A program made the translations under genes and the position numbers. Under the pieces are notes generated by a model that was not told the DNA's origin, did no database searches, and saw only the letters and a list, made by a program, of their open reading frames with translations. From contig CAYGKG010000002.1 in the NCBI GenBank assembly GCA_964350495.1, positions 786-64,785 of the forward strand: a DNA stretch of 64,000 nt. Direction: 5' to 3'. Source of the stretch: an uncultured Alphaproteobacteria bacterium. Lineage in GTDB: Bacteria > Pseudomonadota > Alphaproteobacteria > SHVP01. This document shows, piece after piece, positions 59,237 through 64,000 of this stretch (the first letter of the stretch is position 1; every line of letters starts with the position of its first letter).

Positions 59237-60940
59237 CGGCGACCTGTCTTCGGTCCGGCCAATCTGGGGCAATGAAATGACAAATCGTGTCCCGCCGTCA
59301 TGCGGCGATTCAAACCGAATGGCGCCACCCATATTCTCGACAAACTGTTTCGCAATAGAAAGGCCCAACCCCGACCCGATGCGAGCGCCCGCCCCTAAGT
59401 CGGCCTGAGAAAATTTCTCGAACACCTTCGTCCGAAAAGACTGCGGAATCCCTGCGCCCCGATCACGCACAGCCACAGTGGCCATGCCGTTGATCGTTTC
59501 CATTGAAACTTCTACGCGGCTTGAAGGCGGCGAGAACTTGGCCGCGTTCGATAGCAGATTCGCCATTATCTGATGCAAACGATCTGGGTCCGCCATGACG
59601 AACGTGCCTGACTGGAGTCGCAGATCCACAACCAAATCTGCCTGCTCGAAGAGCGGCGCTGCCTCTGTGACCGCCTCTTGGACCGCCATCGAAAGATCGA
59701 TGCGTTCGGTGCGAAAAGACATCCGCCCTGCCTGTAGCCGATCCAGGTCGAGCATGTCATTGACCAAACGAATAAGCCGCGCGCTGTTCTTCTCGGCGAT
59801 CTGCACCATCCGCGCACTCTCGGGTGGGATACGCCCTTCAAGACTGGCCGCCAAGAGCTTGAGGGAGGCGTCGATCGCGGTCACCGGGGTTCGGAGTTCG
59901 TGACTTGCGGTTGAAATGAACTGTTCCTTAACGCGTTCGATTTCCTGTTGGTCGGTGACATCCACAGCCGATATGTACACGAGCGGCCCGACCGGATCGT
60001 TTACCGCATTCCACTGCAACCATCGATAGCTGCCGTCTTTACAGCGATAGCGGTTGATAAGGCTCTGAGTCCGATGTCCAGGCTGGCGCAGTCTCTCAAG
60101 TTCGATTTGCGTGCGTGAGAAATCCGACGGATGCACCAACTCGATGAAAGGGCGCGCGAGAAGTTCCGCAGCGGGATAGCCAAAGACTTTTTCCCAAAGC
60201 GGATTCGCTTTCCGGAAAATGCCGTTCGCGTCCGCAACGGCCAGCAGAACGTTCGACTGTGCGAAGAATCGCTCCAGCTCGGCCTCGGCTCGAACCCTGC
60301 CCTCCGCTTCGCTGGCAGCGGTCAACCGGTCGCGAACGCTCTGCTTGAAAGCTCGAAACGCGTTCCGGGCAAACGCGAGCAAGACCACCGCATAGGTCGC
60401 GAGCATCGCCGCCATGACCAACGGCGCTTGGCCGCCTTCGATGACGAAACGCCCTGCCGTTGGGACCACGGTTGCTGTCGTCCAACCGACCCAAACCAAC
60501 GGCATGCTCGCCAGTCCGCCGGAGACGCCTGCAGCCATCCCCCCGATGACGAAGGTGAAGACGACCTGGAGGACGAGATTATCTTCGGGGAAGAATACCC
60601 ATGCAGCGGCGCCCCAAAGCCCCGCGGCAGCGATCGTGGTCCAAACAATTCGGACCTGGGCCCTTTTCAGGTCGCTTGGCGGGCGCGGCGCGCCTCGGTG
60701 TCGGAACCAGCTCAGGAAACTCCGCGCCGATCCGAACCAGATCAGCATGAGCCATCCTAGAAGCAGACCGTGGTTGGTCTCCCGGAAAATGGCGATCGCG
60801 ACCAATGCGGAGAGCACCACATTGGCGACGGCGTTCCACAGAAGCTGGCTTCGGAAAATCTGAACTTGGCGAAGGCCGACTTCGCGGACGAAGTCCGGAC
60901 TGCCTTCTAGTCCCCAGTTTAGCCAACGCTCCAACTGCAT
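59198..60940 (-). CDS. Sensor histidine kinase (six-TM sensor, PAS, HisKA, HATPase)
   Basis: H-box STASHELRTPV; N, G1 and G2 boxes; PAS region between the membrane domain and HisKA. Confidence 0.85.
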   Translation of the reverse strand: MQLERWLNWGLEGSPDFVREVGLRQVQIFRSQLLWNAVANVVLSALVAIAIFRETNHGLLLGWLMLIWFGSARSFLSWFRHRGAPRPPSDLKRAQVRIVWTTIAAAGLWGAAAWVFFPEDNLVLQVVFTFVIGGMAAGVSGGLASMPLVWVGWTTATVVPTAGRFVIEGGQAPLVMAAMLATYAVVLLAFARNAFRAFKQSVRDRLTAASEAEGRVRAEAELERFFAQSNVLLAVADANGIFRKANPLWEKVFGYPAAELLARPFIELVHPSDFSRTQIELERLRQPGHRTQSLINRYRCKDGSYRWLQWNAVNDPVGPLVYISAVDVTDQQEIERVKEQFISTASHELRTPVTAIDASLKLLAASLEGRIPPESARMVQIAEKNSARLIRLVNDMLDLDRLQAGRMSFRTERIDLSMAVQEAVTEAAPLFEQADLVVDLRLQSGTFVMADPDRLHQIMANLLSNAAKFSPPSSRVEVSMETINGMATVAVRDRGAGIPQSFRTKVFEKFSQADLGAGARIGSGLGLSIAKQFVENMGGAIRFESPHDGGTRFVISLPQIGRTEDRSPLALSRKSIRSGD

Positions 60941-61076
60941 CCCAAAAGCCTACCATGGCCGCTCGGCGGGGCGTGATCGGAGACAACTGCCATCCGGTTG
61001 CCATCCGGTGCGCCCCCGCTCGGCGCGGCGCCCAATCGACTGTCCGCCATCAATGAAGCGAGGTGGCAATGGTGCG

Positions 61077-61151
61077 TGGTGGGCGCGGCTGGGATTGAAC
61101 CAGCGACCCCTACGATGTCAACGTAGTGCTCTCCCACTGAGCTACGCGCCC
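61077..61151 (-). tRNA. tRNA-Val (anticodon GAC)
   Basis: Minus strand GGGCGCGUAGCUCAGUGGGAGAGCACUACGUUGACAUCGUAGGGGUCGCUGGUUCAAUCCCAGCCGCGCCCACCA folds into a cloverleaf with a 7-bp acceptor stem, anticodon loop UUGACAU and an encoded CCA. Confidence 0.85.
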
Positions 61152-61258
61152 GCGCGGCGCCACTCTTAGCGGCATTTATCCTGTGGTTTCAAGTCCCGTC
61201 ATCGCATTGGCCGCTATTGGCCTGCCCCCGAGCCGACAAAGGGGCTAGTCTCAGGGCT

Positions 61259-62170
61259 ATGAAACGCCCATCCGACGTCACTCGAAACGAGGCCTATGAA
61301 CTGATACGGCCGCGCGAGCAGGCCTTACCGTTCGTGTTCGCATCGCCGCACTCGGGCAACGACTATCCCGATGAATTTCTCGCCCAATCCCGCCTTGACG
61401 CGACGGCGATCCGTCGTTCGGAGGATTGTTTCGTGCATGAGCTTTTTGCTAGCGCCCCGAGCTTGGGCGGACCGCTTATCCGCGCTCTTTTCCCCCGCGC
61501 TTATCTCGACCCCAACCGCGAGCCCTACGAACTTGACCCCAAAATGTTTTCCGATCCACTGCCTAGCTTCGCCAATGTGCGCTCGGCGCGGGTGTCCGTC
61601 GGCTTGGGGACGATCGCTAAAGTGGTCAGTAACGGTGCGGAAATCTACCGAAAGAAACTCCGTTTCAGGGAAGTCGAACAACGCATCGACCGTCTATATT
61701 TTCCCTACCACGCGATGATCAAACAGCTGCTCGTTGCGACCCGCGCGAAGTTCGGCGCTGCGGTACTCGTCGACTGTCACTCAATGCCGTCGACGGGGAC
61801 CGCGATCGAAGGCGATTCGGGACGCCGGCGCTGCGACATCGTTCTGGGAGACCGTTACGGAACCAGTTGTGACCCTGCCGTCGTCGATCTTTTCGAAAAA
61901 CGCTTCGTCGACATGGGCTATAGCGTGGCCCGCAACGACCCTTATGCCGGCGGGTTCGTCACTCAGAACTACGGTCGGCCGTCGAGCGGGATCCACGCGC
62001 TGCAAATCGAGGTCAATCGGGGTCTCTATATGGACGAGAGCACCATTGCGCGAACGCCGGGGATCGAATCTTTGACGACAGATCTGGGGAAATTGATCGC
62101 CGGTTTAACGGAAATTGACGCCCGAGCGCTACGTCCCCCGCCGCCGGCCTTCGCGGACGCAGCCCAGTAA
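61259..62170 (+). CDS. N-formylglutamate amidohydrolase family protein (second copy)
   Basis: FASPHSGNDYP and VLVDCHSMP motifs; start taken at MKRPSD. Confidence 0.7.
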   Translation: MKRPSDVTRNEAYELIRPREQALPFVFASPHSGNDYPDEFLAQSRLDATAIRRSEDCFVHELFASAPSLGGPLIRALFPRAYLDPNREPYELDPKMFSDPLPSFANVRSARVSVGLGTIAKVVSNGAEIYRKKLRFREVEQRIDRLYFPYHAMIKQLLVATRAKFGAAVLVDCHSMPSTGTAIEGDSGRRRCDIVLGDRYGTSCDPAVVDLFEKRFVDMGYSVARNDPYAGGFVTQNYGRPSSGIHALQIEVNRGLYMDESTIARTPGIESLTTDLGKLIAGLTEIDARALRPPPPAFADAAQ

Positions 62171-62381
62171 GGCCCACCGGACGAAAAAGGGGCCCACCTA
62201 CAGTGCAGGAGGGCCCGAGTTTAGGGAGGAAATACCCAGAAAGGGTATTCGGCACCGAGGCATGAGACTGCGATGCCGCACACTACATATAGTGGCTGTT
62301 GATAAATCCGACCAAACGAATAATCTGGGACTGCCGTACATTTGCGACACCAGTGACTAAATTATCACACACTGTCTTGGC

Positions 62382-63080
62382 ATGGTCTTCGCATCGTTGG
62401 TGAGACGTCTAGCGGAGAAACCGATGATGCCGAAGCGCAATACCGCCACAATCCTCCTCGGTGCGGCTTTTCTGATGCTCGTGCTGAACCTCCAAGCGCA
62501 CGCGGGCGAAACAAACTTCTCACCGATGGTAGGCCAAAGCTGCCGGGCCCATGCGCGCGATGCCGAGCAACGGCATCAGCTGCCGAAGTTGGTCCTCTCG
62601 GCCATTTCGCTCGCCGAGAGCGGTCGCTGGCATCCAGCTAAGCGCAAAAGCTATCCGTGGCCCTGGACCGTCACTTCGGGGGCCGACTCAGCCTATTTCT
62701 CCGACAAAGCGGCCGCCATTGCCGCGGTACAACGCCTCCAGGCCCAAGGGGTGCGCAACATCGACGTGGGCTGCATGCAGGTCAACCTGCACTATCATCC
62801 AGATGCGTTTGACGATTTGGATTCGGCATTCGATCCCGCAGCAAATACCGAATATGCCGCCACCTTCCTCAAGGCACTATTTCAGTCGACCAAGTCTTGG
62901 GACCGCGCGATCGGTCGCTACCACTCTGCGACACCCGCGCGAGCCGAGGGTTACATCCACCGGGTCAAGGCGTTGTGGCTGACCGAGCGGGTCCAGGTCG
63001 CCGAAAGTAGACGAGAGGCGGTCAAAGCCGCCTATCGGCAGCGCCAGGACGCGTTGCGCGCAGCCCGAACCGACAGCTAG
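62382..63080 (+). CDS. Lytic transglycosylase (SLT domain) with signal peptide
   Basis: ISLAESGRW...YPWPWTV...GCMQVNLHYH motifs of a family-1 lytic transglycosylase. Confidence 0.7.
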   Translation: MVFASLVRRLAEKPMMPKRNTATILLGAAFLMLVLNLQAHAGETNFSPMVGQSCRAHARDAEQRHQLPKLVLSAISLAESGRWHPAKRKSYPWPWTVTSGADSAYFSDKAAAIAAVQRLQAQGVRNIDVGCMQVNLHYHPDAFDDLDSAFDPAANTEYAATFLKALFQSTKSWDRAIGRYHSATPARAEGYIHRVKALWLTERVQVAESRREAVKAAYRQRQDALRAARTDS

Positions 63081-64000
63081 GCGTCGCGCCGGACCGGGCG
63101 TCGCCTAACGGCGGCGGCAGGGGTTACCGGTTGATTGTGCTTTCGGCCGCCCGGTTCATAGTCCTGCAACCGCACCGGCAACCGCCTTCTACCCCATTGG
63201 CCCGGCGGGCCATCGACCACTCCGGCCATCTGCGCCCCGCAATGCTGGCAATGCCCGTCGTTATCCAACGCCCAGGTACCCAGTTGATACCAATCGCGCT
63301 CGATAAGGCAGGCCCCGCAGCCAGGGCAATAGGTGCTGGATCCCTCGGCGTCGTGGACATTGCCGACGTAGACGTACCTGAGGCCGTGTTGCTGGGCGAC
63401 CGCGCGCGCCCGCAAAAGCGTTGCGTGGGGTGTGCGCGGATGATTCCGCATTTTCCAGTCCGGGTGAAACGCCGAAAAATGCAGCGGTACGTCAACGCCA
63501 AGGTTCTCGGCAATCCAAGCGCATAATCGGTTCAGTTCTAAGTCCGAATCGTTCTGTTCTGGGATCAAGAGCGTCGTGATTTCGGTCCAAACATCGGTTT
63601 CGTGGACGAGGTATTTGAGTGTATCGAGCACCGGTTGTAGGTGGCCACCACAGATCGTCCGGTAGAAATCCTCGCTAAACGATTTGAGGTCGATGTTGAC
63701 CGCGTCGATCTCGGCGAAGAATGCCGCCCGCGGTTGCGGCGCCACATAACCCGCGGAGACCGCCACCCGCTTTATTCCTGATTCGCGGCAAGCCGCGGCG
63801 ACGTCGAGAGCGTACTCGAGAAAGATAACTGGATCGTTGTAGGTGAAGGCGATAGACCGGCAGCCTAAATCGGCAGCCGCCCTCACAAGCGTGTCCGGCG
63901 AAGCTGCGTCCGCCAAGGTATCCATCTCGCGCGACTTGCTCATGTCCCAGTTCTGACAGAACTTGCAGGTGAGATTGCATCCGGCCGTCCCGAAGGAAAG
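63077..64000 (-). CDS. AmmeMemoRadiSam-system radical SAM enzyme (N-terminus beyond window end)
   Basis: The frame continues upstream of the annotated Met: ...GCNLTCKFCQNWDMSKSRE contains the CxxxCxxC motif. A C-terminal CPGCGACLIERDWYQL region is also present. Confidence 0.7.
   Translation of the reverse strand, partial: LSFGTAGCNLTCKFCQNWDMSKSREMDTLADAASPDTLVRAAADLGCRSIAFTYNDPVIFLEYALDVAAACRESGIKRVAVSAGYVAPQPRAAFFAEIDAVNIDLKSFSEDFYRTICGGHLQPVLDTLKYLVHETDVWTEITTLLIPEQNDSDLELNRLCAWIAENLGVDVPLHFSAFHPDWKMRNHPRTPHATLLRARAVAQQHGLRYVYVGNVHDAEGSSTYCPGCGACLIERDWYQLGTWALDNDGHCQHCGAQMAGVVDGPPGQWGRRRLPVRLQDYEPGGRKHNQPVTPAAAVRRRPVRRDA

Noticed and set aside
60941-61076. Possible integrase or phage remnant beside tRNA-Val
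   Set aside because: There is no ORF with integrase motifs, only GC shadows.

Overview
This is a high-GC (about 65%) chromosomal segment, almost certainly alphaproteobacterial. It is dense in alpha-specific families (GapR/DUF2312, DUF1013, DUF1192, DUF1244, DUF1491, DUF465, DUF72, Cys-less L31/L36) and could plausibly be Rhodospirillales-like. It is tightly packed with conserved housekeeping operons on both strands.

In order along the window:
- tolQ(partial)-ybgC-ruvB-ruvA-ruvC-yebC
- ymdB-like phosphoesterase, ygfA(5-FTHF cyclo-ligase), a probable 6S RNA, zapA
- tkt-gap-(small ORF where pgk is usually found)-fba(class I)-thiE
- epmA / epmB-efp (complete EF-P beta-lysylation module) and suhB-like IMPase
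- a three-gene envelope module: OmpA-like, MotA/TolQ/ExbB-like, MotB-like with a very long coiled coil
- MsbA-like ABC exporter, rpmE, hsp20 with a sigma32/ROSE-like leader, thioesterase, qor, DUF1013
- two acyl-CoA synthetases, a DUF465-TIGR02444-DUF465 trio, a GGDEF protein
- purEK, COQ9-like, def, rpsU, pntAA-pntAB-pntB
- pepF, two PaaI thioesterases, an epimerase
- a fused indolepyruvate:ferredoxin oxidoreductase plus SDR
- gapR, DUF1244, ybdK, FGase, EamA, MFS, an acyl-CoA dehydrogenase, a TPR protein
- pyk, glcDEF, rpmJ, DUF72, DUF1491, pip, a PAS histidine kinase
- tRNA-Val(GAC), a second FGase, an SLT transglycosylase, and the 3' part of an AmmeMemoRadiSam radical SAM gene running off the window end

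I found no transposases, integrases, CRISPR arrays, toxin-antitoxin pairs or other hallmarks of an accessory or defence island. Many long ORFs in the six-frame track are GC-driven antisense shadows of real genes.

The most unusual content is the non-flagellar MotA/MotB-like stator pair, in which the B subunit (not the A subunit) carries a roughly 300-residue periplasmic coiled coil, preceded by an OmpA-like protein with a Pro/Ala-rich spacer. I flag it as the best candidate for an under-characterised system, but its novelty cannot be established without database searches. All product calls are from motif and family recognition by eye; no searches were run.
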